From positions 4,128,001 to 4,192,000 of the forward strand of contig OZ245015.1 of the NCBI GenBank assembly GCA_965223705.1: 64,000 nt of DNA, written 5' to 3'. Shown here piece by piece: positions 56,712 to 64,000 of this stretch. The DNA is from Myxococcota bacterium. GTDB lineage: Bacteria > Myxococcota_A > UBA9160 > UBA6930. The first letter of the stretch is position 1. Each line of letters opens with the position of its first letter. The notes beneath the pieces were generated by a model, which did not search any database, was not told where the DNA came from, and was given only the letters and a program-made list of their open reading frames with translations. Position numbers and translations under genes: made by a program.

Positions 56712-56870
56712 CGAGGCCCGGTCTTCTGGCTCCCGGTTCAGCCTCCCGCGATGCCTTCCCGGGTGTGGCGCAACTTGTCGCCTACCCAGTGGCTGTGTCT
56801 CGCGGTCGTCCCCGGTTACAGCGGCGGTCCCGCGCCGGTTTTTCACCGGCTTCCCGCGGCGCGCCCGAGC
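56712..56870 (-). promoter_or_regulatory. Cobalamin (B12) riboswitch
   Basis: Minus strand: GGGAA-gccGGTGAAAaaccggc..GCTGTAA..GCCACTG..GGGAAGG..GAGCCAGAAGACC (B12 box); TTGACA at 56944-56939 upstream. Confidence 0.9.
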
Positions 56871-56969
56871 GCGCCGGCTCCGGGCCTTTCCCGGAGCGCT
56901 TCCTCGCTCGGCGTAGAGTGAGGGCCACAGGACTTCTTTGTCAAGCTGGGGCACGCTTGGGGGCCGCTC

Positions 56970-57974
56970 ATGCCGGCACCCCGAAACTTCTCGTGGCGAA
57001 CCGCCGTCGATCACCAAGCACTCCGCGTTGCGGCGCTGTGCGCGGGAGCCGTGCTTCTCGGTGTGTCGCTCCTGGCGCCCGGGGAGGCCGCGCTTCGAGG
57101 GCTCCGCGTAGTGCCCGAAGCGACCGGCGTCCTGGGTGCCGCGTTTCCCATCACGCTGCGAAACGATTCGCAGACGACCGTCCTCTCCGAGCCACCCTCC
57201 CGCATGGTCTCCATCGCGGTGACGTCCGACGAAATCCTCGCCGACCTGGGCGCGGCCTCGCGGACCGTGGGCGTGAGTCGCTTCGTAGACGATCCCCGGG
57301 CGTCTTCCGCAATCGGCCGTTTTCCCCCTTCGGTCGCTCGACTCTACGGCGATGCCGAATCCGTCCTCGCACTGGAGCCCGATCTCGCCATCGTTTCGGG
57401 CTACACCCACGCGGAACACGTGGCGCTACTCGAAGAAGCGGGGATCGCGGTCTTCCGCCTCGGCCGCCCCCAAACCTTCGCCGCGATCGACGAAACACTG
57501 CGAAGGCTGGGCACTGCGGTGGGGTTGCGCGGAGAGGCGGACCGACTGCGCGAGGCGGTTCACAAGCGGTTGACGGCGGCGGAAGAAGCGGTGACGGGGC
57601 GCCCTCGCCCACGCGTTCTGTTTCTCAGCTGGGCGGGTTACACGTCGGGCACGGAAACGCTGATCGACGAAATCATCACACGCGGCGGCGGCACCAATGC
57701 GGCGCGTGATGTCGGTCTCCGCGGCACAGTGCCCCTGTCGCTCGAAATCGCGCTGGCCTTGAGGCCCGACTTCGTGCTCACGTCCTCGGATGTCGCCGGC
57801 GAAGACGTCGCTGCAAACGCGCTCCGCACCGATCCGCGCTGGAGCCAAATCGATGCGGTTCGCGAGGGTCGCATTCTCGCTCTGCCCGGAGCCCTTGCGT
57901 TATCGACGTCCCACCACGCTGCGGGCGCCGTGACAAAGGTCGCGGCCTGGCTCCACGGCGAGTCGGCGCCGTGA
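56970..57974 (+). CDS. btuF: Cobalamin/Fe-siderophore ABC transporter substrate-binding protein (BtuF-like)
   Basis: PSRMVSI..DEIL, ESVLALEPDL, SLEIALALRPD, IDAVREGRI; context of btuB and the riboswitch. Confidence 0.8.
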   Translation: MPAPRNFSWRTAVDHQALRVAALCAGAVLLGVSLLAPGEAALRGLRVVPEATGVLGAAFPITLRNDSQTTVLSEPPSRMVSIAVTSDEILADLGAASRTVGVSRFVDDPRASSAIGRFPPSVARLYGDAESVLALEPDLAIVSGYTHAEHVALLEEAGIAVFRLGRPQTFAAIDETLRRLGTAVGLRGEADRLREAVHKRLTAAEEAVTGRPRPRVLFLSWAGYTSGTETLIDEIITRGGGTNAARDVGLRGTVPLSLEIALALRPDFVLTSSDVAGEDVAANALRTDPRWSQIDAVREGRILALPGALALSTSHHAAGAVTKVAAWLHGESAP

Positions 57975-58996
57975 ACCGCGCTGCGGGCGTCGGCCTCGCG
58001 TGCGTGACCGCACTCGCGGGCCTTCTGTTCGCGAGCTTCTGGGTCGGGTCCGCGCCGCTCGACGGGGAAACAATCCGCAGCGCGCTGGCGGCGCGTTTCG
58101 GTGCGGAATCCCCGCCCGTGCCGGCCTGGATCGACACCATCCTGTTTCAGATTCGATTGCCGCGGGCGGTGTGCGCGGCCCTTGTCGGCGGCAGCCTCGC
58201 GGTCACCGGGTGCGCGCTCCAAGGGTTGTTCCGCAATCCCTTGGCAGACCCCGGCGTCCTCGGCGTCTCCTCGGGAGCCGCGCTCGCCGCGGTGACGTGT
58301 CTTTATCTCGGGCTCGCGACGCTATCGCCGTGGGCGCTTCCCTTGGCCGCTTTTTCCGGTGCCTTGGCAACAGGCGTGCTCGTGTACCGCGTCGCTTCGG
58401 TGCGCGGCCAAACCCCGCTCGCCACGTTGCTACTCGCGGGGATCGCGGCGAGCACCATCGCACAGGCGGGTCTCGCCCTCGTGCTCTTTCTCGCGCTCGA
58501 AGAATTCGACGTCGGACGGCAGATCGTTCAGTGGAGTCTCGGCGGCGTCGAGGGGCGCGGCTGGAGTCACGTTGCGCTCATCGCGCCTTCGACCCTCATC
58601 GGAGCGGGATTGCTCCTCTATCACGCGCGCGATCTCGACGCGATGTCGCTGGGAGAAACGCAAGCGGCATCGGTGGGTGTCGACGTGCGCGCCTTGCGCC
58701 ACCGGGTGATCACCGCGTCGGCGGTGTTGGTGGGCGCCGCGGTCTCCGTCGCCGGCGTCATCGGATTCGTCGGTTTGGTCATTCCCCACGCCCTGCGCCT
58801 CCTCATCGGACCTCGACATCGCGCGCTCCTGTTCGCGTCGCTCGTCGGCGGCGCTGCGTTTCTCGTGTTGGCCGACCTGTTCGCGCGCAGCGTGTGGGCG
58901 CCGAAAGAAATGCGCCTGGGGATCGTCACCGCGGCGATCGGCGGACCGTTCTTCCTGGCGCTGCTTCTCGCCAAGAAACGCGAGGGATTGTTGTGA
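57971..58996 (+). CDS. btuC: ABC transporter permease (BtuC/FecCD family)
   Basis: IRLPRA, LQGLFRNPLADPGVLGVSSGA, GVIGFVGLVIPH, GGPFFL. Confidence 0.88.
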   Translation: MNRAAGVGLACVTALAGLLFASFWVGSAPLDGETIRSALAARFGAESPPVPAWIDTILFQIRLPRAVCAALVGGSLAVTGCALQGLFRNPLADPGVLGVSSGAALAAVTCLYLGLATLSPWALPLAAFSGALATGVLVYRVASVRGQTPLATLLLAGIAASTIAQAGLALVLFLALEEFDVGRQIVQWSLGGVEGRGWSHVALIAPSTLIGAGLLLYHARDLDAMSLGETQAASVGVDVRALRHRVITASAVLVGAAVSVAGVIGFVGLVIPHALRLLIGPRHRALLFASLVGGAAFLVLADLFARSVWAPKEMRLGIVTAAIGGPFFLALLLAKKREGLL

Positions 58997-59796
58997 CGAC
59001 ACCGCTTCTGTCCGTCGAAGATGCGGAGGTTCAGTACGGTGATGTCCGGGTGCTGACCGGTGCTTCTTTCACCGTAGAGGCGGGTGAATTCGTCGGTCTT
59101 CTGGGGAGAAACGGCGCGGGCAAGACCACGCTGCTCCACGCGACACTGGGGTTACTTCCGATGCGCGCCGGAGAAGTGCGCGTGGGGGGCGTACCGATTC
59201 GCGAACTCCGTCGCAAAGACATCGCACGGCGCGTTGCCCTCCTCCCACAAGACGGTGTGTTTGGCAGCCACTTCCGTGTGCGGGACGTCGTCGCCATGGG
59301 CCGCTATGCGCACCGTACACCGCTCGCGCCGGAAAGCGACGCCGATCGAGCGAGCATCGATTCCGCTCTTCGAGCGACGGAGCTTCAGCGCCTCGCGACG
59401 CGTCGCGTGACCGAACTTTCGGGGGGTGAACGACAACGACTGCTGTTTGCCCGCGCCCTCGCCCAGGAAGCGCCGATGCTCTTGCTCGACGAACCCACCT
59501 CGAATCTCGATCTGGTCCACCAACTCGAGACCCTCGAGCGCGTTCGGGCACACACCCGTGAGGCACCGGGCCGGGCCGCGCTCGCGGCGCTCCATGATCT
59601 CAGCTTGGCGGCGCGGTATTGCGATCGCCTCCTCCTGCTCGACGCAGGGACGATTGCGCTGGACGGTCCCCCGGAAGACGTGCTCCACTCATCGGTGCTC
59701 GAGCGCTATTTCGGCGTTGAGGGCACGGTCGAACGCGACCCCGAGCTCGGGCTTCGGGTCGTCGCGCGACGGCGCGCAGGAACGAGAGCGGTATGA
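58993..59796 (+). CDS. btuD: ABC transporter ATP-binding protein (BtuD/FecE family)
   Basis: GRNGAGKT, LSGGERQR, LLLDEPTSNLD, LHDL; GTG 58993 overlaps the permease stop. Confidence 0.88.
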   Translation: MTTPLLSVEDAEVQYGDVRVLTGASFTVEAGEFVGLLGRNGAGKTTLLHATLGLLPMRAGEVRVGGVPIRELRRKDIARRVALLPQDGVFGSHFRVRDVVAMGRYAHRTPLAPESDADRASIDSALRATELQRLATRRVTELSGGERQRLLFARALAQEAPMLLLDEPTSNLDLVHQLETLERVRAHTREAPGRAALAALHDLSLAARYCDRLLLLDAGTIALDGPPEDVLHSSVLERYFGVEGTVERDPELGLRVVARRRAGTRAV

Positions 59797-60696
59797 GCCA
59801 GGATCTAGACGAGATCGCGTTGGGGCACGTCGTCAAGCTGCGCGGGCATCTACCCGCTTCGGCGGCGAGCGCGTGGGCCGACGAACAAGCCCGTCCGGCG
59901 GAAGCCCTGGTCGCCATCGAACGGGCGGCGAAGCGCTTCGCCGACGCCCCTCGCGCGCTCTTTCGCTGCCGCGGTGAGGCGTGCCGCGAAGCCGCGGGGT
60001 CCGTCGACGTGCGGGCGGACCTTCCGGTCATCGACACGGGCTGCCAAGGCAATTGCGAGCACGCGCCGATGGCGACGTTGATGTTCGACGGCGCTTCGCG
60101 AAGTTTTGGCGGGCTCGGGACGCCCGATGCCTGGGCCGCCGTCGAGGTGTTCGCCGGGCGCTGTGCCAAAGAAGGAACGGCGCTGGTCGAAGACGGGGCC
60201 GTTCGCAGTTTCCTCTTCGACCCGATGCACGCCGAGCATGGCCCCGACCTGTCGGCGTTCGCGTTCCTCCAGGGTCACTTCCGCGGGACCGGCCACTACG
60301 CGGTGGGAAAACATTCGTTTCACAAGGAAGTGATCGGTCGCTGGGAGGCTTCGGGAGCCGCGCTCTGCCTGCGGATGGAAGTCGCCTACCCGCTCCCGCG
60401 CGGCGGGGTCGACGCCCACGAAGCGTGCGTGTGGGTCACACCCGAACGCGACGGGGACTTCTGGCTCGGTTACGCCATCACCGACGGAGGGGCTACGCGG
60501 CAATACCGGTATGCCGTCGACCCACAGACGGGAGCGCTCTACTTTGAGGATCGTCCACCGGGACATGGCCACAGCGCGAAAGACCGCGCGCAAGTTGCTG
60601 ATCCCCAATGAGCGGGGCTACGAAGAACGGCTCGAAGTCGAGCAGGACGGCGCGTTCCGTCTGTACTCAAGCATTCAGCTCGAGCGCGTCGCATAG
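59793..60696 (+). CDS. Hypothetical protein: thioredoxin-like [2Fe-2S] ferredoxin module plus beta-barrel-like C-terminal domain; apparent +1 frameshift near 60580
   Basis: CRGEAC..TGCQGNCEHAP. ORF 59793-60611 ends in an unnatural tail, while the +1 frame continues TARKLLIPNERGYEERLEVEQDGAFRLYSSIQLERVA to 60696. Confidence 0.6.
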
Positions 60697-60710
60697 GAGA
60701 AGAGAACGCT

Positions 60711-61502
60711 GTGTCGGATGTGTTGTACGAGCAGAATGACGGCGTCGCCACGTTGACACTCAATCGCCCGGATCGCCTCAACGCCATGGGAGGCGAGATG
60801 CTTCCGGAGGCCTTGTTGGCGATCGAAGGAGCCGCCGCAGACGACGACGTCAAAGTGTTGGTGATGACGGGAGCCGGTCGGGGCTTTTGCGCCGGCGGCG
60901 ACCTTTCGGAAGGTGCCGGCGGCGGCTTCGGCGGGACGCGCCCGATCGACACCCAGGTGCGCGAGCTCCGCAGTTGGATGCGCACCTCCCAGCTCCTTCA
61001 CGAAATGCCGAAAGTGACCATCGCCGCGATCAACGGCGCGTGCGCCGGCGCCGGCTTCTCGTGGGCGTGCGCGTGCGATCTCCGGTTCGCCGCAGAAGGT
61101 GCGAAATTCTCGACGGCGTTCCTCAACGCGGGATTGACCGGAGACTTCGGCGGCACCTGGACGCTTCCCCGCCTCGTCGGACCGGCGAAGGCGCGGGAGC
61201 TGTATTTGCTGTCGGAACCCTTCCCAGCGGACGAGGCTCACCGAATCGGCCTGGTCTCAGAAGTGCTGCCCAAAGAGAAGCTGATGGACCGGGTCCACGA
61301 AGTCGCCGCCCGCTTGGCGGCCCGCGCGCCGATCGCCGTGCGGGGGATCAAGGAAAACCTGAACGACTCGTTGCGGTTGTCCTTCAGCGAGGCCCTCGAT
61401 CGAGAAGCGGAGCGCCACCAACGGGCGTGTCAGACCGAAGACGCCGCCGAAGCCGCCAAGGCGTTCATCGAGAAGCGCGAGCCTCGCTTCATCGGCCGCT
61501 AG
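60711..61502 (+). CDS. Enoyl-CoA hydratase/isomerase family protein
   Basis: LNRPDRLNA, FCAGGDL, PKVTIAAINGACAGAG, AFIEKREPRF. Confidence 0.92.
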   Translation: MSDVLYEQNDGVATLTLNRPDRLNAMGGEMLPEALLAIEGAAADDDVKVLVMTGAGRGFCAGGDLSEGAGGGFGGTRPIDTQVRELRSWMRTSQLLHEMPKVTIAAINGACAGAGFSWACACDLRFAAEGAKFSTAFLNAGLTGDFGGTWTLPRLVGPAKARELYLLSEPFPADEAHRIGLVSEVLPKEKLMDRVHEVAARLAARAPIAVRGIKENLNDSLRLSFSEALDREAERHQRACQTEDAAEAAKAFIEKREPRFIGR

Positions 61503-63023
61503 CTAGCGCGAGGAATAGAAGACGACGCGCGCACCGTCGCGTGCCTCCTGCCTGCGCATCATGACGCTGCCGTCGGGAAGACGCGCGATAAAGCGCTGAG
61601 AGCCCGGTGGGATCGGGAGCGGTCCCGAGAACGGCGCGGGCCCGAACAAGCGCCCTGCGACCTCGACCAACGTCCCATCGGGCGCCTCGACGGACACCCT
61701 TGCGGGCGGAGTTTCGCGGACCGAGCGGTCCGGTTCGGAGACCGGCGCGATCGCCGCGGGTGCCTCGATCCCGTCCTCCGCGTCAGCACGTTGTCGTTGT
61801 TGCGAATCTTCGAGCCCGGGCGGCGGCGGGCTCGAGACAGGCGGCAGTGTGGCGGAAGGCTCCTCAACCGGGGCTTCTGCAACGCGGAGATCTTCCGTGA
61901 TCGCGGGCTGTTCCAGGGCCTGACCGTCGGGCTCCGCCGCCGCCCCACGGGCGGCGGGCGCAGGCGTGGGGCGAAACGAGACGGAAGGTGGCGCGAGATC
62001 GGTTTCGTGAACGAGAGACGCGATTTCCGTCTCTGAAGGTGCCGGCGAAGCCGTCGGCGTGGCCATACGCTGGAAAAAAAACGGGTCCGCCAACCCCACC
62101 AGACCGATCGCAATCAGTGTTCCCGAGGCCGCCCCCAAACCGAAGCGCCAGAAGTTCCGATCCGTGGCAGCCGTAGCGAGCCCGGGCGGCGGCGCCCACG
62201 GTGGCCGCGTCGCACTCGGACGCCGCGGCGGCGTCTTGCGCTGTGGGGCCGTTCGCTTCGGAGCACGCGCCGCGAGGCGCGGCTCAGAGGGCGGCGCCTC
62301 CTTGGGCGTTGCGCCTCGCAGCAACAAGTCGGACGCCGCGAAGTCGACGGCCCCGGGGCAGCCGTCGCTCTCCGCCCAAATCGCGTGAACGCGATCGGCC
62401 GAAAACACGTCCCGCCGCGTTGCGTCGAGGCGCCGAAGCTTCGCATCGACGTACGCGACACACTCGCTCGCGGCGAGCGGCGCGGTGTAGTTGACGCTTT
62501 CGACGGCCGAATGGGCGGACAGGCGCGACGACGCCTCGCACGGAACGGCGGCGAACGCGAACCGGAGCCGGCCCTCGCTCGCGTCGGCGAACTCGAACAA
62601 CTGGCGGGTCGTTTCCGCAGGCAGAGAATCGGCTTCGTCGATGAGTAGGATCAAGCCGCGAACGGAACGATCGCTCGACGCCTCCGCCAGCAGGGCCCCT
62701 TCCGGATCCGGCTCATCATCGATTCCCAGGGAAAGCAGTGCCCAACGACAGAGTTCGTCCGCGGTGAGCATCGGATACGGCAGGTAGACCGGCGCCCAGC
62801 TCGCTGCCAGCCGACAGGCGAGCACATGGAGCATCAGCGTCTTTCCATAACCCGGCGGTGCCACCAGGAACGGGTGCCGATCGTCCTCACCGTCGATTGC
62901 GCTTTGCATCGCGTCGAGGGCTTCTTCGGCGGCGGGCCGTGCCACGTAGAGGGACGGGTCGGCAGAGTTCAGGAACGGATCCCGCCGGACCGGAGCCCCC
63001 TCGCGAATCACGCCACCCGCCAT
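61503..63023 (-). CDS. ExeA/GspA-like AAA ATPase with TM helix, Pro-rich linker and small C-terminal (PEGA-like) domain
   Basis: DPFLNSADP, APPGYGKT, LLIDEAD, SDGCPG, hydrophobic segment, Pro/Ala-rich linker. Confidence 0.72.
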   Translation of the reverse strand: MAGGVIREGAPVRRDPFLNSADPSLYVARPAAEEALDAMQSAIDGEDDRHPFLVAPPGYGKTLMLHVLACRLAASWAPVYLPYPMLTADELCRWALLSLGIDDEPDPEGALLAEASSDRSVRGLILLIDEADSLPAETTRQLFEFADASEGRLRFAFAAVPCEASSRLSAHSAVESVNYTAPLAASECVAYVDAKLRRLDATRRDVFSADRVHAIWAESDGCPGAVDFAASDLLLRGATPKEAPPSEPRLAARAPKRTAPQRKTPPRRPSATRPPWAPPPGLATAATDRNFWRFGLGAASGTLIAIGLVGLADPFFFQRMATPTASPAPSETEIASLVHETDLAPPSVSFRPTPAPAARGAAAEPDGQALEQPAITEDLRVAEAPVEEPSATLPPVSSPPPPGLEDSQQRQRADAEDGIEAPAAIAPVSEPDRSVRETPPARVSVEAPDGTLVEVAGRLFGPAPFSGPLPIPPGSQRFIARLPDGSVMMRRQEARDGARVVFYSSR

Positions 63024-63031
63024 GCGTGCGG

Positions 63032-63640
63032 CTAAGCCTTGGCGCTCGGGCGAGCGGACACGGTTTCGTGCCAGCGGGCGAGGTGTTTCTGCTCGGGAGC
63101 GACGCCGATCTTGCTGACGCGACCGAAGTCAATTCCGCACAGGGCCGTGACATCGGCGATCGTGTACCGGTCGCCCGCGATGAACTCGCGACCCGAGAGC
63201 TCGCTGTCGAGCCATGCGAGCCTTTTCTCGGCCTGGCGGCGGCAGGCTGCGCCGTAATCGGGCACCTGTTCGATCCGGCCCTTGAAGAACTCGTGGCTGT
63301 TCCGAAAGACCTGGGCGATGGGGAGGAGCACCTCGAATTCCATCCGGCGCTGCCACATTTCGACCCGGGCTTTGTCCTCGGCGCCCACTCCCATGAGCGG
63401 CGGCTCGGGCTCCAACTCTTCGAAATAGCGACAGATCGCGACGCTCTCCGCGATGAAGCTCCCATCGTCGAGCTCGAGAACCGGCACCGTTCCCATCGGA
63501 TTCTTTGCGGTGAACGCGGGCTCGCGGTTGGCCGCCTTGGCGATGTCGACCGGCTCGAGCGGTACCTCGATGCCTTTCTCCGCCAGGAATATCCGCACGC
63601 GCCGACAGTTCGGCGCCATCGTGCTTTCGTGAAGCTTCAT
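63032..63640 (-). CDS. Glutathione S-transferase
   Basis: APNCRRVRIFLAEKG, NPMGTVPVL, ESVAICRYFE, FIAGDRYTIAD. Confidence 0.93.
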   Translation of the reverse strand: MKLHESTMAPNCRRVRIFLAEKGIEVPLEPVDIAKAANREPAFTAKNPMGTVPVLELDDGSFIAESVAICRYFEELEPEPPLMGVGAEDKARVEMWQRRMEFEVLLPIAQVFRNSHEFFKGRIEQVPDYGAACRRQAEKRLAWLDSELSGREFIAGDRYTIADVTALCGIDFGRVSKIGVAPEQKHLARWHETVSARPSAKA

Positions 63641-63709
63641 CGTCCCTCCCCGACCGGGAGGAGTGTAGGGGCTTCGCGCGGGCTCGCGAGGGTGTCTCCC
63701 CGCAGGCGA

Positions 63710-64000
63710 TTACTGCAGGAAGGGCAGGACCTTGAGCGCACCTCGGCCGGCGAGATCGAGAGCCTCCCCGAACCGTTCCCCGAGGGTCGGTGCGGGCACA
63801 TGCTCCGGGCAGCGAGCACGGAGCCGGTGGTGAAGACGCCGCAGCTGAGCTTTCGTGGCCTCTTCCCAGAGCTCGTTTCCGCGGCTCTCGGCGCGCGCGA
63901 GGTCGCCCTGGTAGCGCGCGATCTGGCGGGTCAACCGGTGGCACTCGCCGCGCGGAGGCTCGTCCCCTGCCGCGGCGGCCGCGGCGAAGAAACCCGCGAT
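63710..64000 (-). CDS. Hypothetical (probably secreted) protein, 3' part; start lies outside the window
   Basis: Open frame from the window end: IAGFFAAAAAAGDEPPRGECHRLTRQIARY..RCPE..LPFLQ*. Confidence 0.55.
   Translation of the reverse strand: MAGFFAAAAAAGDEPPRGECHRLTRQIARYQGDLARAESRGNELWEEATKAQLRRLHHRLRARCPEHVPAPTLGERFGEALDLAGRGALKVLPFLQ

Noticed and set aside
62074..62081. A8/T8 homopolymer in the ExeA-like gene as a slippage site
   Set aside because: The reading frame is intact (PFFFQ) and no alternative-frame product or stimulatory hairpin is evident.

Overview
This is high-GC bacterial chromosomal DNA. The gene content (Dif-type chemosensory operon, ExeA-like ATPase, LpoA-like lipoprotein) suggests a Myxococcota/deltaproteobacterial lineage, which is an inference. 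Positions 1-23.6 kb form a housekeeping block: folE, lexA, a histone-fold gene, larC-larB, MCP-cheW-cheY-cheA-cheC, thiL, lon, lpoA-like, dnaJ-dnaK-grpE, hemW, an M16 peptidase, ggt, a cyclophilin and tRNA-Phe. Positions 23.7-51.4 kb are a patchwork of accessory redox and lipid-catabolic genes: Rrf2 plus a flavoprotein, amidohydrolases, an acyl-CoA dehydrogenase pair, a P450, LLM/PPOX enzymes, glycosyltransferases, a ThDP enzyme plus ALDH, and two internally deleted gene relics. Positions 51.5-64 kb carry an orphan minimal flagellin with a sigma54 promoter, a cobalamin-riboswitch btuB/btuFCD locus with two accessory genes, and miscellaneous enzymes. No integrase, transposase, CRISPR array or rRNA was seen. 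Four observations stand out. (1) cheA is split by a -1 frame change at an A_AAA_AAA slippery run, followed after 6 nt by a perfect 9-bp GC hairpin with the 0-frame stop in its loop; this is a candidate programmed frameshift giving a free HPt protein plus full-length CheA. (2) A 70-aa archaeal-HMf-like histone with its own consensus promoter lies directly upstream of lexA. (3) An AhpD/CMD protein has an in-frame UGA in a CxxU-xxx-H motif followed by a SECIS-like hairpin, consistent with a selenoprotein. (4) A 19-bp motif (TTTC-N7-TTTC) is shared between the lexA promoter and a distant intergenic site and is a candidate lineage-specific SOS box. All family assignments come from motif recognition by eye; no database searches were run.
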